From a phage: a DNA stretch of 34,536 nucleotides. The stretch lies in NCBI GenBank assembly GCA_012145005.1, contig GCA_012145005.1_3029.2, one strand, 5' to 3'. Below the pieces are notes generated by a model. The model was not told where the DNA came from, searched no databases, and worked only from the letters and a program-made list of their open reading frames with translations. Positions 1-13,561 of this stretch are shown here, piece by piece; position 1 is the stretch's first letter, and each line of letters opens with the position of its first letter. Both the position numbers and the translations under genes were made by a program.

Positions 1-400
1 CTTTAAAAGCAGAAACTTCAACTTTTTTACTAAAATAATAAATGTTGCGAATATCTTCTTCAAACTTAAATTTAATTTGCTTTAAGCGTCCGATATATTC
101 ACGATAAAACACAAGTGCATCAGCGTCAGAGATGTCACCAATCCAAGCATCTTGGTTAGCAACCAGATTGCTTATAAAAATTAAAGCAAGTTCCTTTAAT
201 TTATATTTTTCTGATAGCTTTTGGAAAAAATACTTATCCCTTCGCTTTTGATAAGCGGCATCAGACACCCGCATGCACCAATTATACTTAATAACATCAT
301 ACTTTCCATTCATATGTTGTTTTATCATTAAGTATAATTTATAAACTGATTTACCATCAATATATCTTTCACCACCAGCAGGCATGCGGAGTTTAATCAT
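1..400 (-). CDS. 59: gene 59 helicase-loading protein, N-terminal 133 codons (3' end lies left of window)
   Basis: ATG at 400..398 overlaps gp33 stop (ATGA); open frame to position 1; N-terminus MIKLRMPAGGERYIDGKSVYKLYL recognised as T4 gp59. Confidence 0.8.
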   Translation of the reverse strand, partial: MIKLRMPAGGERYIDGKSVYKLYLMIKQHMNGKYDVIKYNWCMRVSDAAYQKRRDKYFFQKLSEKYKLKELALIFISNLVANQDAWIGDISDADALVFYREYIGRLKQIKFKFEEDIRNIYYFSKKVEVSAFK

Positions 401-735
401 AGTAGAAAATCTAATGTATTAGTTTTTTCACAACGAACAACAGAAGGACGTAAAAGATTTTCGTCAATAGCTTCTGACTGAATTTTTTCAATTATCCCCG
501 AAGGAATAAATTTAGCAAATTGAGTTTCAGGAATAGAGTTTTCTTCCAAGAATGCTGTCGTAGCTTCAAGATAACTCATTCCAAACTCTTCTACCATTTT
601 TTCAATAATAAATCCATTTTCTTGACGATCAAGAAGCTTTGCTATTTCATCCTTTTCTTTCTTAATTGAAAGTTCTTTTTCTGAAAGACCGGTCTCATCG
701 ACCGGACGAATATCATTTAGAGAAAACTGTGTCAT
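397..735 (-). CDS. 33: late transcription co-activator gp33 (112 aa)
   Basis: Track ORF 397..744 starts at TTG; first ATG at 735 gives MTQFSLNDIRPVDETGLSEKELSIKKEKDEIAKLL, recognised as T4 gp33. Confidence 0.85.
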   Translation of the reverse strand: MTQFSLNDIRPVDETGLSEKELSIKKEKDEIAKLLDRQENGFIIEKMVEEFGMSYLEATTAFLEENSIPETQFAKFIPSGIIEKIQSEAIDENLLRPSVVRCEKTNTLDFLL

Positions 736-982
736 AAAGTTCAACTACCTCTTCAGTTTCAGCTTCAAACACATCACGATTATCTTTATGATACAAAGCT
801 AATAGACGATTAAACATCTTACCATCAACGCCAAGTTCATCTTTGGCACGAATTCGAATATCTTTAATCAGTTCATTATAACCGGAAATTTTCAGTTTAT
901 GATCAGATGCTTCTTTAATAAATTTAGCCAAGTCTTCGCCATGGATAGCTTCATCAAATTCAACCATTTCTTTTTTAGCCAT
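713..982 (-). CDS. dsbA: dsDNA-binding protein DsbA (89 aa)
   Basis: ATG at 982 with GAGGTGA SD; size and position between rnh and 33 as in T4. Confidence 0.8.
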   Translation of the reverse strand: MAKKEMVEFDEAIHGEDLAKFIKEASDHKLKISGYNELIKDIRIRAKDELGVDGKMFNRLLALYHKDNRDVFEAETEEVVELYDTVFSK

Positions 983-990
983 TATTCACC

Positions 991-1908
991 TCAAAATTCA
1001 TTAATGCTATTAGTTAATTTAGAAAGACCCGCTTTTACAAAATATGAATAAATTTTGCCACGCGGTGGTAATTTATATGAATTATAGTAATTCACAATGT
1101 TTGAAGCAATATTATCAGGAATATAATCAAAATCAATTAGAACTAAATTTTCTTTATAACGATTATACTCAGATTCTGAGAGAAGCACCTTAGCTTGCTC
1201 ACGGTCATTAGCAATAGCTTCAACGATTGAAGTTTTCATTGAAGGAGTTCGTTCACCTTCAACTCTGGTAAACCAAAAGTCAGATCGTACTTTAACTGAA
1301 GCAACATTATCCTTTTTGTCACCCTTAAGAATTTTAGTCATACAATCAATTTCAGCAGAACCGCTTTTAATTTTAACCCATTTCTTATGCATCGGTGACC
1401 ATTGCTTAACATTTGGATATTTGTGAAGCTGTGTAAAGTCACCATCCGATGAAATGATTAAAATCTTATGTCCTTCTAAAGAGAACTTTTTAACAAGAAC
1501 AGCAATGTGGTCATCTGCTTCATACTTATCAATATCCATAACAATGTATGGCATATAAGCTTTCAATTCATCTATAACTTTATGGCTGGATTCAAAATAA
1601 CCTTCCCAGTCCCAAGTTGATTCTTCTCGTGCTTTTCCACGGTTTTTCTTGTAATAATACGCGAAATCACGACGCCAGTATCCAGATTTCGCATTATCAA
1701 TACACAGTACAATTTTAGTGTATCCAAGAGTTTTTGCTTTTTTGACATTAAACTTAATTGAGTTCAATATCAAATGACGAACCATTGATAAATTAATTTT
1801 TTCTTTATCTGGAAAGTTTGCCAAAGCAGTTGAAAGCGCAATCTGACTAAAGTCAATTAAGCAGATTCCTTCTTTGTAATCTTCATCCAGCATCATTTCT
1901 AAATCCAT
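991..1908 (-). CDS. rnh: RNase H / 5'-3' flap exonuclease (305 aa)
   Basis: Track ORF starts at TTG 1923; first ATG at 1908 gives MDLEMMLDEDYKEGICLIDFSQIAL, recognised as T4 RNase H. Confidence 0.9.
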   Translation of the reverse strand: MDLEMMLDEDYKEGICLIDFSQIALSTALANFPDKEKINLSMVRHLILNSIKFNVKKAKTLGYTKIVLCIDNAKSGYWRRDFAYYYKKNRGKAREESTWDWEGYFESSHKVIDELKAYMPYIVMDIDKYEADDHIAVLVKKFSLEGHKILIISSDGDFTQLHKYPNVKQWSPMHKKWVKIKSGSAEIDCMTKILKGDKKDNVASVKVRSDFWFTRVEGERTPSMKTSIVEAIANDREQAKVLLSESEYNRYKENLVLIDFDYIPDNIASNIVNYYNSYKLPPRGKIYSYFVKAGLSKLTNSINEF

Positions 1909-1937
1909 ATGAACCTCGTTCAATTAGTGAGATTTCT

Positions 1938-1967
1938 ATTATATACTATCCGAATCTTAAAGTAAAC
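1938..1967 (-). promoter_or_regulatory. early promoter for rnh
   Basis: Minus strand GTTTAC -35, 18-bp spacer, TATAAT -10. Confidence 0.6.
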
Positions 1968-1970
1968 AAG

Positions 1971-1983
1971 TATAAATACTTAT
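1971..1983 (+). promoter_or_regulatory. late promoter for gene 34
   Basis: TATAAATACTTATT about 30 nt upstream of the gene 34 ATG. Confidence 0.7.
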
Positions 1984-2012
1984 TATTGAAAACACAATAG
2001 GAGCCCGGGAGA

Positions 2013-5000
2013 ATGGCCGAGATTAAAAGAAAGTTCAGAGCAGAAGATGGTCTGGACGCAGGTGGCGATAAAATAATCAACGTAGCTTTAGCTGATCGTG
2101 CCGTAGGAACTGACGGTGTTAACGTTGATTACCTAATTCAAGAAAACACAGTTCAACAATATGATCCAACTCGTGGATATTTAAAAGATTTTGTAATCAT
2201 TTATGATAACCGCTTTTGGGCTGCTATAAATGATATTCCAAAACCAGCGGGAGCTTTTAATAGCGTACGTTGGAGAGCATTACGTACTGATGCAAACTGG
2301 ACAACTGTTTCGTCAGGACCTTATCAATTAAAGTCAGGTGAATCAATTTCAGTTAATACTGCAGCAGGAAATGATATCACATTTACTTTGCCAACTTCTC
2401 CAATTGATGGAGATACTATCGTTCTTCAAGATATTGGTGGAAAACCTGGAGTTAACCAAGTTTTAATTGTAGCTCCAGTGCAAAGTATTGTAAACTTTAG
2501 AGGCGAACAAGTACGATCAGTACTAATGACCCATCCAAAATCACAGATAGTTTTAATTTTTAGTAATCGTCTGTGGCAAATGTATGTCGCTGATTATAGT
2601 AGAGAAGCTGTAGTTGTAACGCCTGCAAGTCTCTATCAGGCGCAATCAAACGATTTTATCGTACGTAGATTTACTTCTGCTTCAGCAATTAATATTAAAC
2701 TTCCTAGATTTGCTAATCATGGGGATATTATTAATTTTGTTGATTTAGATAAATTAAATCCGTTATATCATACTATCGTTACTACATACGATGAAACGAC
2801 TTCAGTACAAGAAGTTGGAACTCATTCTATTGAAGGCCGTACATCTATTGATGGTTTCTTAATGTTTGATGATAATGAGAAATTGTGGAGATTGTTTGAC
2901 GGGGATAGTAAAGCACGTTTACGCATTATAACGACTAATTCTAATATTCGTCCAAATGAAGAAGTCATGGTATTTGGCGCGAATAATGGAACAACCCAAA
3001 CAATTGAACTTCAGCTTCCAACTGATATTTCTATCGGTGATACTGTTAAGATTTCCATGAATTATATGAGAAAAGGACAAACAGTTAAAATCAAAGCTGC
3101 CGGTGAAGATAAAATTGCTTCTTCAGTTCAATTGCTGCAATTTCCAAAACGTTCAGAATACCCACCTGAAACTAAATGGGTGACTGTTCAAGAATTAGTT
3201 TTTAATGGCGAAACCAATTATGTTCCAGTTTTACAGCTTGCTTATATCGAAGATTCCGATGGAAAATATTGGGTTGTACAGCAAAACGTTCCAACTGTAG
3301 AAAGAGTAGACTCTTTAAATAATTCTACTAGAGCAAGATTAGGCGTAATTGCTTTAGCTACACAAGCTCAAGCTAATGCTGATTTAGAAAATTCTCCGCA
3401 AAAAGAACTGGCAATTACTCCAGAAACGTTAGCTAATCGTACTGCTACAGAAACTCGTAGAGGTATTGCAAGAATAGCAACAACTGCGCAAGTAAACCAG
3501 GATACCACATTCTCTTTTGCAGATGACCTTATCATCACTCCTAAAAAGTTGAATGAAAGAACTGCTACAGAAACTCGTAGGGGTGTCGCTGAAATTGCTA
3601 CGCAGCAAGAAACAAACGCAGGAACAGATGATACAACCATCATTACTCCTAAAAAGCTTCAAGCTCGTCAAGGTTCTGAATCATTATCTGGTATTGTAAC
3701 TTTTGTATCTACTGCAGGTGCTACTCCGGCTTCTAGCCGTGAATTAAATGGTACAAATGTTTATAATAAAAACACTAATAACTTAGTTGTTTCACCTAAA
3801 GCCTTGGATCAGTATAAAGCTACTCCAACGCAACAAGGTGCAGTAATTTTAGCAGTTGAAAGTGAAGTAATTGCTGGACAAAGTCAGGAAGGATGGGCAA
3901 ATGCTGTTGTAACGCCAGAAACGTTACATAAAAAGACATCAACTGATGAAAGAATTGGTTTAATTGAAATTGCTACGCAAAGTGAAGTTAATACAGGAAC
4001 TGATTATACTCGTGCAGTCACTCCTAAAACTTTAAATGACCGTAGAGCAACTGAAAGTTTAAGTGGTATAGCTGAAATTGCTACACAAGTTGAATTCGAC
4101 GCAGGCGTCGACGATACTCGTATCTCTACACCATTAAAAATTAAAACTAGATTTAATAGTACTGATCGTACTTCTGTTGTTGCTCTATCTGGATTAGTTG
4201 AATCAGGAACTCTCTGGGACCATTATACCCTTAATATTCTTGAAGCAAATGAGACACAACGTGGTACACTTCGTGTGGCTACACAAGTTGAAGCTGCTGC
4301 TGGAAAATTAGATAATGTTTTAATAACTCCTAAAAAGCTTTTAGGTACTAAATCTACTGAAGCACAAGAAGGTGTTATTAAAGTTGCAACACAAACCGAA
4401 ACTGTTGCTGGAACATCGGCAAATACTGCTGTATCTCCAAAAAATTTAAAATGGATTGTGCAGAGTGAACCTACTTGGGCAGCTACTACTGCAGTAAGAG
4501 GCTTTGTTAAAACTTCATCTGGTTCAATTACATTCGTTGGTAATGATACAGCCGGTTCTACTCAGGACTTAGAGCTATACGAGAAAAATAGCTATGCAGT
4601 ATCACCATACGAATTAAACCGTGTATTAGCAAATTATTTGCCATTAAAAGCAAAAGCTGCAGATAGTAATTTATTGGATGGTCTAGATTCATCTCAGTTC
4701 ATTCGTAGGGATATTGCGCAGACGGTTAATGGTTCACTAACCTTAACTCAACAAACGAATCTGAGTGCCCCTCTTGTATCATCTAGTACTGCTACGTTCG
4801 GCGGATCAGTTTCAGCAAATAGTACATTAACTATTTCTAATACTGGAACAGCAACTCGATTGATTTTTGAGAAAGGACCTCAAACTGGAACAAACCCAAC
4901 CCAAACGATGACTGTTAGAGTGTGGGGAAATCAATTTAGTGGGGAATTAGATACAACACGTTCTACCGTATTTGAAGTTAGTGATGAAACATCTAGTCAT

Positions 5001-5882
5001 TTTTATTCTCAGCGCAATAAAGCCGGAAATATAACATTTAATATCAACGGTACAGTAACACCGATAAATGTTAATGCTTCAGGAACATTGAATGCAAATG
5101 GCGTAGCAACATTTGGTAATTCAGTCACTGCAACTGGTGAAATTATTTCTCGAAGCGCAAATGCTTTCCGTGCTATTAACGGAAATTACGGTTTCATTGT
5201 TCGCAATGATGGATCAGTAACGAATTTTATGCTTACTGCATCGGGTGATCAGACTGGTGGATTTAATGGATTACGTCCATTGTCCATTAATAATCAATCT
5301 GGGCAGGTCACAATTGGTGAAAGCTTGATCATTGCTAAAGGTGCTACTATAAATTCAGGTGGTTTAACTGTTAACTCGAGAATTCGTTCTCAGGGCACTA
5401 AAACATCTGATTTATACACCCGCGCTCCAACATCTGATACTGTAGGATTCTGGTCAATTGATATTAACGATTCAGCTACTTATAACCAGTTCCCAGGTTA
5501 TTTTAAAATGGTTGAAAAAACTAATGAAGTGACTGGTCTTCCATATTTAGAACGTGGCGAAGAAGTTAAATCTCCTGGTACACTGACTCAGTTTGGTAAC
5601 ACACTTGATTCGCTTTACCAAGATTGGATTACTTATCCAACAACGCCAGAAGCGCGTACCACTCGCTGGACACGTACATGGCAGAAAACCAAAAATTCTT
5701 GGTCAAGTTTTGTTCAGGTATTTGATGGAGGTAACCCTCCTCAACCGTCTGATATCGGTGCTTTACCATCTGATAATGCTACAATGGGTAATCTTACTAT
5801 TCGTGATTTCTTACGAATTGGTAATGTTCGCATTATTCCTGACCCAGTGAATAAAACTGTTAAATTTGAATGGGTTGAATAA
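2013..5882 (+). CDS. 34: long tail fibre proximal subunit gp34 (1289 aa)
   Basis: ATG with AGGAG SD; N-terminus MAEIKRKFRAEDGLDAGGDKIINVALADR; about 40-aa fibre repeats; TATAAATA late promoter upstream. Confidence 0.95.
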   Translation: MAEIKRKFRAEDGLDAGGDKIINVALADRAVGTDGVNVDYLIQENTVQQYDPTRGYLKDFVIIYDNRFWAAINDIPKPAGAFNSVRWRALRTDANWTTVSSGPYQLKSGESISVNTAAGNDITFTLPTSPIDGDTIVLQDIGGKPGVNQVLIVAPVQSIVNFRGEQVRSVLMTHPKSQIVLIFSNRLWQMYVADYSREAVVVTPASLYQAQSNDFIVRRFTSASAINIKLPRFANHGDIINFVDLDKLNPLYHTIVTTYDETTSVQEVGTHSIEGRTSIDGFLMFDDNEKLWRLFDGDSKARLRIITTNSNIRPNEEVMVFGANNGTTQTIELQLPTDISIGDTVKISMNYMRKGQTVKIKAAGEDKIASSVQLLQFPKRSEYPPETKWVTVQELVFNGETNYVPVLQLAYIEDSDGKYWVVQQNVPTVERVDSLNNSTRARLGVIALATQAQANADLENSPQKELAITPETLANRTATETRRGIARIATTAQVNQDTTFSFADDLIITPKKLNERTATETRRGVAEIATQQETNAGTDDTTIITPKKLQARQGSESLSGIVTFVSTAGATPASSRELNGTNVYNKNTNNLVVSPKALDQYKATPTQQGAVILAVESEVIAGQSQEGWANAVVTPETLHKKTSTDERIGLIEIATQSEVNTGTDYTRAVTPKTLNDRRATESLSGIAEIATQVEFDAGVDDTRISTPLKIKTRFNSTDRTSVVALSGLVESGTLWDHYTLNILEANETQRGTLRVATQVEAAAGKLDNVLITPKKLLGTKSTEAQEGVIKVATQTETVAGTSANTAVSPKNLKWIVQSEPTWAATTAVRGFVKTSSGSITFVGNDTAGSTQDLELYEKNSYAVSPYELNRVLANYLPLKAKAADSNLLDGLDSSQFIRRDIAQTVNGSLTLTQQTNLSAPLVSSSTATFGGSVSANSTLTISNTGTATRLIFEKGPQTGTNPTQTMTVRVWGNQFSGELDTTRSTVFEVSDETSSHFYSQRNKAGNITFNINGTVTPINVNASGTLNANGVATFGNSVTATGEIISRSANAFRAINGNYGFIVRNDGSVTNFMLTASGDQTGGFNGLRPLSINNQSGQVTIGESLIIAKGATINSGGLTVNSRIRSQGTKTSDLYTRAPTSDTVGFWSIDINDSATYNQFPGYFKMVEKTNEVTGLPYLERGEEVKSPGTLTQFGNTLDSLYQDWITYPTTPEARTTRWTRTWQKTKNSWSSFVQVFDGGNPPQPSDIGALPSDNATMGNLTIRDFLRIGNVRIIPDPVNKTVKFEWVE
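3441..3580 (+). repeat. in-frame direct repeats within gene 34
   Basis: ACTGCTACAGAAACTCGTAG occurs at 3441 and 3561, 120 nt apart, matching the 40-aa fibre repeat. Confidence 0.7.
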
Positions 5883-5890
5883 GAGGTATT

Positions 5891-7006
5891 ATGGAAAAAT
5901 TTATGGCAGAGTTTGGACAAGGATATGTCCAAACGCCATTTTTATCGGAAAGCAATTCAGTAAGATATAAAATAAGTATAGCGGGTTCTTGCCCGCTTTC
6001 TACCGCAGGACCATACGTTAAATTTCAAGATAATCCTGTAGGAAGTCAAACATTTAGCGCAGGTCTTCATTTAAGAGTTTTTGACCCTTCTACAGGAGCA
6101 TTAGTTGATAGTAAGTCATATGCTTTTTCGGCTTCAAATGATACTACATCAGCTGCTTTTGTTAGTTTCATGAACTCTTTGACGAATAATAGACTTGTTG
6201 CTATATTAACTAGCGGAAAGGTTAATTTTCCTCCTGAGGTAGTATCTTGGTTAAGAACAGCAGGAACGTCTGCTTTTCCATCTGACTCTGTATTGTCAAG
6301 ATTTGATGTATCATATGCTGCTTTTTACACTTCTTCTAAAAGAGCTATTGCATTAGAGCATGTTAAACTAAGTAATAGAAAAAGCACAGATGATTATCAA
6401 ACTATTTTAGATGTTGTATTTGACAGTTTAGAAGATGTTGGAGCTACCGGGTTTCCAAGAAGAACGTATGAAAGTGTTGAGCAATTTATGTCAGCCATTG
6501 GTGGAACTAATAACGAAATTGCACGTTTACCGACTTCATCCGCGATAAGTAAATTATCTGATTATAATTTAATTCCTGGCGATGTTCTTTATCTTAAAGC
6601 GCAGCTATATGCTGATGCCGATTTACTTGCGCTTGGAACTACAAATATATCTATCCGTTTTTATGATGAATCGAATGGATATATTTCTTCAACACATGCT
6701 GAGTTTACTGGACAAGCTGAGTCATGGGAATTAAAGGAAGATTATGTAGTTGTTCCTGAAAATGCAGTAGGATTTACGATATATGCACAAAGAACTGCAC
6801 AAGCAGGTCAAGGTGGCATGAGGAATTTAAGTTTTTCTGAAGTATCAAGAAATGGCGGAATTTCAAAACCTGCTGAATTTGGCGTCAATGGTATTCGCGT
6901 TAATTATATCTGCGAATCTGCTTCACCTCCAGATATAATGGTACTTCCTACACAAGCATCGTCTAAAACTGGTAAAGTGTTTGGACAAGAATTTAGAGAA
7001 GTTTAA
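5891..7006 (+). CDS. 35: long tail fibre hinge protein gp35 (371 aa)
   Basis: AAGAGG SD; N-terminus MEKFMAEFGQGYVQTPFLSESNSV; position after gene 34. Confidence 0.9.
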   Translation: MEKFMAEFGQGYVQTPFLSESNSVRYKISIAGSCPLSTAGPYVKFQDNPVGSQTFSAGLHLRVFDPSTGALVDSKSYAFSASNDTTSAAFVSFMNSLTNNRLVAILTSGKVNFPPEVVSWLRTAGTSAFPSDSVLSRFDVSYAAFYTSSKRAIALEHVKLSNRKSTDDYQTILDVVFDSLEDVGATGFPRRTYESVEQFMSAIGGTNNEIARLPTSSAISKLSDYNLIPGDVLYLKAQLYADADLLALGTTNISIRFYDESNGYISSTHAEFTGQAESWELKEDYVVVPENAVGFTIYAQRTAQAGQGGMRNLSFSEVSRNGGISKPAEFGVNGIRVNYICESASPPDIMVLPTQASSKTGKVFGQEFREV

Positions 7007-7011
7007 ATTGA

Positions 7012-7037
7012 GGGAGCCTTCGGGTTCCCTTTTTCTT
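7012..7037 (+). terminator. intrinsic terminator after gene 35
   Basis: 7-bp stem GGGAGCC/GGTTCCC with UUCG loop followed by TTTTTCTTT. Confidence 0.6.
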
Positions 7038-7050
7038 TATAAATACTATT
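7038..7050 (+). promoter_or_regulatory. late promoter for genes 36-37-38
   Basis: Exact TATAAATACTATT 19 nt upstream of the gene 36 ATG. Confidence 0.75.
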
Positions 7051-7068
7051 AAAATAAAGGGGCATACA

Positions 7069-7725
7069 ATGGCTGATTTAAAAGTAGGTTCAACAACTGG
7101 AGGCTCTGTCATTTGGCATCAAGGAAATTTTCCATTGAATCCAGCCGGTGACGATGTACTCTATAAATCATTTAAAATATATTCAGAATACAATAAACCA
7201 CAAGCTGCAGATAACGATTTCGTTTCTAAAGCTAATGGTGGTACTTATTTAAATAAAGTAATTTTTAATAAAGGAATGACTGTTCCTGGCGCAGGGTCAG
7301 GCGATAATGGTATTTTTGCTGGTCCTGGTGATAGTGCCACGTATGATACTACAAATATGGATATTGTTTCGTGGTATGGTATTGGTTTTAAATCATCACA
7401 AGGAACAGCAGGTAGAACTGTAGTAATTAACACACGAAATGGAGATATTAGCTCAAAGGGCGTAATTGAAGCATCACAAATCCGTGTAACTTCGTTATCA
7501 CCAGTAAATAATTATGACCTTACGCGGAAAGATTATGTTGATGGAGCAATAAATATTGTTACAGCAAACGCAAACTCTAGGGTATTACGCTCTGGAGACA
7601 CTATGACAGGAAATTTAACTGCGCCAAACCTTTTTTCACAGAATCCTGCATCTCAACCCTCACATGTTCCACGATTTGACCAAATTGTTATTAAGGATTC
7701 TGTTCAAGATTTCGGCTATTATTAA
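7069..7725 (+). CDS. 36: long tail fibre distal connector gp36 (218 aa)
   Basis: AAGGGG SD; termini MADLKVGSTTGGSVIWHQGNF ... PRFDQIVIKDSVQDFGYY; late promoter TATAAATACTATT directly upstream. Confidence 0.9.
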   Translation: MADLKVGSTTGGSVIWHQGNFPLNPAGDDVLYKSFKIYSEYNKPQAADNDFVSKANGGTYLNKVIFNKGMTVPGAGSGDNGIFAGPGDSATYDTTNMDIVSWYGIGFKSSQGTAGRTVVINTRNGDISSKGVIEASQIRVTSLSPVNNYDLTRKDYVDGAINIVTANANSRVLRSGDTMTGNLTAPNLFSQNPASQPSHVPRFDQIVIKDSVQDFGYY

Positions 7726-7733
7726 GAGGACTT

Positions 7734-11859
<4,126 letters not shown>

Positions 11860-11889
11860 TTTGAATAAATATCCTTAAAAGGAGGGTCT

Positions 11890-12546
11890 ATGGCAGCACC
11901 TAGAATATCATTTTCGCCCTCTGATATTCTGTTGGGTGTTCTAGATCGCTTGTTCAAAGATAACGCTACCGGGAAGGTTCTTGCTTCCCGGGTAGCTGTC
12001 GTAATTCTTTTGTTTATAATGGCGATTGTTTGGTATAGGGGAGATAGTTTCTTTGAGTACTATAAGCAATCAAAGTATGAAACATACAGTGAAATTATTG
12101 AAAAGGAAAGAAACGCACGCTTTGAATCTGTCGCCCTGGAACAACTCCAGATAGTTCACATATCATCTGAGGCAGACTTTAGTGCGGTGTATTCTTTCCG
12201 CCCTAAAAACTTAAACTATTTTGTTGATATTATAGCATATGAAGGAAAATTACCTTCAACAATAAGTGAAAAATCACTTGGAGGATATCCTGTTGATAAA
12301 ACTATGGATGAATATACAGTTCATTTAAATGGACGTCATTATTATTCCAACTCAAAATTTGCTTTTTTACCAACTAAAAAGCCTACTCCCGAAATAAACT
12401 ACATGTACAGTTGTCCATATTTTAATTTGGATAACATCTATGCTGGAACAATAACCATGTACTGGTATAGAAATGATCATATAAGTAATGACCGCCTTGA
12501 ATCAATATGTTCTCAGGCGGCCAGAATATTAGGAAGGGCTAAATAA
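11890..12546 (+). CDS. t: holin T (218 aa)
   Basis: GGAGGG SD; MAAPRISFSPSDILLGVLDRLFKDNATGKVLASRVAVVILLFIMAIVWY with one N-terminal transmembrane segment; recognised as T4 holin. Confidence 0.9.
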   Translation: MAAPRISFSPSDILLGVLDRLFKDNATGKVLASRVAVVILLFIMAIVWYRGDSFFEYYKQSKYETYSEIIEKERNARFESVALEQLQIVHISSEADFSAVYSFRPKNLNYFVDIIAYEGKLPSTISEKSLGGYPVDKTMDEYTVHLNGRHYYSNSKFAFLPTKKPTPEINYMYSCPYFNLDNIYAGTITMYWYRNDHISNDRLESICSQAARILGRAK

Positions 12547-12819
12547 TTATTTGTTTGTATACATCTCTAGATATCGATATACACCCTCAAAACCCTCGTT
12601 GAATTCGTCGATGAGGGTTTTCTTATCTTCTTGGGTTAATTCAGAAACAATTTTACGGAATGAATTCTGATTTAATTTTCTACCTTCATGCATTACTCCA
12701 ATCTCATTCAGAAATGCAATAAAATTAGCACGATTCTCAACAATATCTTCTCTGGAAAATTTAATCAAAATAGACGCAACAGTAATAATTTCACGAACTG
12801 TATCAATATTTTTATTCAT
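12547..12819 (-). CDS. asiA: anti-sigma70 factor AsiA (90 aa)
   Basis: MNKNIDTVREIITVASILIKFSREDIVENRANFIAFLNEIGVMHEGRKLNQNSFRKIVSEL recognised as T4 AsiA. Confidence 0.9.
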   Translation of the reverse strand: MNKNIDTVREIITVASILIKFSREDIVENRANFIAFLNEIGVMHEGRKLNQNSFRKIVSELTQEDKKTLIDEFNEGFEGVYRYLEMYTNK

Positions 12820-12831
12820 TAACTATACCAC

Positions 12832-12984
12832 TCAATTAGTTGACTTTGTTATAATATCATCAGACGTTTGTTTTGTAAACTGGTCTGTGTTATTTTCTTG
12901 AAAAATTTTTTCTACGAATTCCTTGAACGACTCACGTTCCTGAGCTACATTATGCTCGATTACTTTTTCAAGATTATGACTCAT
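12832..12984 (-). CDS. small hypothetical protein (50 aa; asiA.5 position), not in ORF track
   Basis: ATG overlaps arn stop (ATGA); translation MSHNLEKVIEHNVAQERESFKEFVEKIFQENNTDQFTKQTSDDIITKSTN; contains the asiA early promoter. Confidence 0.45.
   Translation of the reverse strand: MSHNLEKVIEHNVAQERESFKEFVEKIFQENNTDQFTKQTSDDIITKSTN
12851..12880 (-). promoter_or_regulatory. early promoter for asiA
   Basis: GTTTAC, 18-bp spacer, TGaTATTAT extended -10; lies inside the 50-aa ORF. Confidence 0.55.
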
Positions 12985-13259
12985 TCGAAATAATCTTCAA
13001 TTTCATAATCATGGACATAAATCATTATAGTTTTTAATACATCATCAATACTTTTTCCTGGAGCTGGAATTACGTAAAAATATCCTGCTTTTGAGAGGTC
13101 TTTATAAATTCCAATCAAGAAATCATTATTCTCGAGATGTAGTTCTTCAACTAATTCATTAACAATTGAGTGGTATAAATTTGGTAGAAACTTATACAGC
13201 TTTTCTAGAATATCAATTTTGATTGTGTATTGAACCACAGACTGAGAATCAATAATCAT
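12981..13259 (-). CDS. arn: anti-restriction nuclease Arn (92 aa), McrBC inhibitor
   Basis: MIIDSQSVVQYTIKIDILEKLYKFLPNLYHSIVNELVEELHLENNDFLIGIY recognised as T4 Arn; acidic. Confidence 0.85.
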   Translation of the reverse strand: MIIDSQSVVQYTIKIDILEKLYKFLPNLYHSIVNELVEELHLENNDFLIGIYKDLSKAGYFYVIPAPGKSIDDVLKTIMIYVHDYEIEDYFE

Positions 13260-13336
13260 AGACCTTCCCCTTATGTTTCTGTTTGCGATTAGATTCTTTA
13301 AACGCTTTCTTCTTATCCTTATGGACAGAAGCTTTA

Positions 13337-13561
13337 TTAAAATTGTGTTTTGCGACTAAATTGTTCATAGTGCTGAATTACCTCTCTCAAACACTTGCAT
13401 GTGAATGAAAACTTTTTAGCTACACCACATTCAAATATATGTTCTCTTAAATCACGTGTGTCAGTATATCCCATCTCAACAATAAAATGTCTTATTAGAT
13501 TTTTATCTTTATCATTGAGAGAATTAAAATAATCAGATTTTGAATTAATTTCCCTGGCCAA
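13337..13561 (-). CDS. hypothetical early protein (74 aa if TTG start; 45 aa from first ATG), Cys/His-rich
   Basis: Track ORF with no in-frame ATG near its start; overlaps upstream ORF by 17 nt; start uncertain. Confidence 0.45.
   Translation of the reverse strand: MAREINSKSDYFNSLNDKDKNLIRHFIVEMGYTDTRDLREHIFECGVAKKFSFTCKCLREVIQHYEQFSRKTQF

Noticed and set aside
3368-3671. Minus-strand ORFs 3368..3643 and 3429..3671 inside gene 34
   Set aside because: They lie antisense within the repeat region of a long, well-supported gene; Cys/Ser-rich translations are typical of antisense reading, with no SD or promoter context.
5593-5932. ORFs 5593..5850 (+) and 5741..5932 (-) overlapping the 3' end of gene 34
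   Set aside because: Alternative-frame or antisense ORFs inside gene 34 with no start signals.
7245-7433. Minus-strand ORF inside gene 36
   Set aside because: Antisense to a confidently called late gene; no start context.
13249-13368. Lysine-rich 39-codon minus-strand ORF (MNNLVAKHNFNKASVHKDKKK...) overlapping the arn start and the end of ORF 13337..13561
   Set aside because: It overlaps two better-supported ORFs in different frames and has low-complexity basic composition; not listed as a gene.
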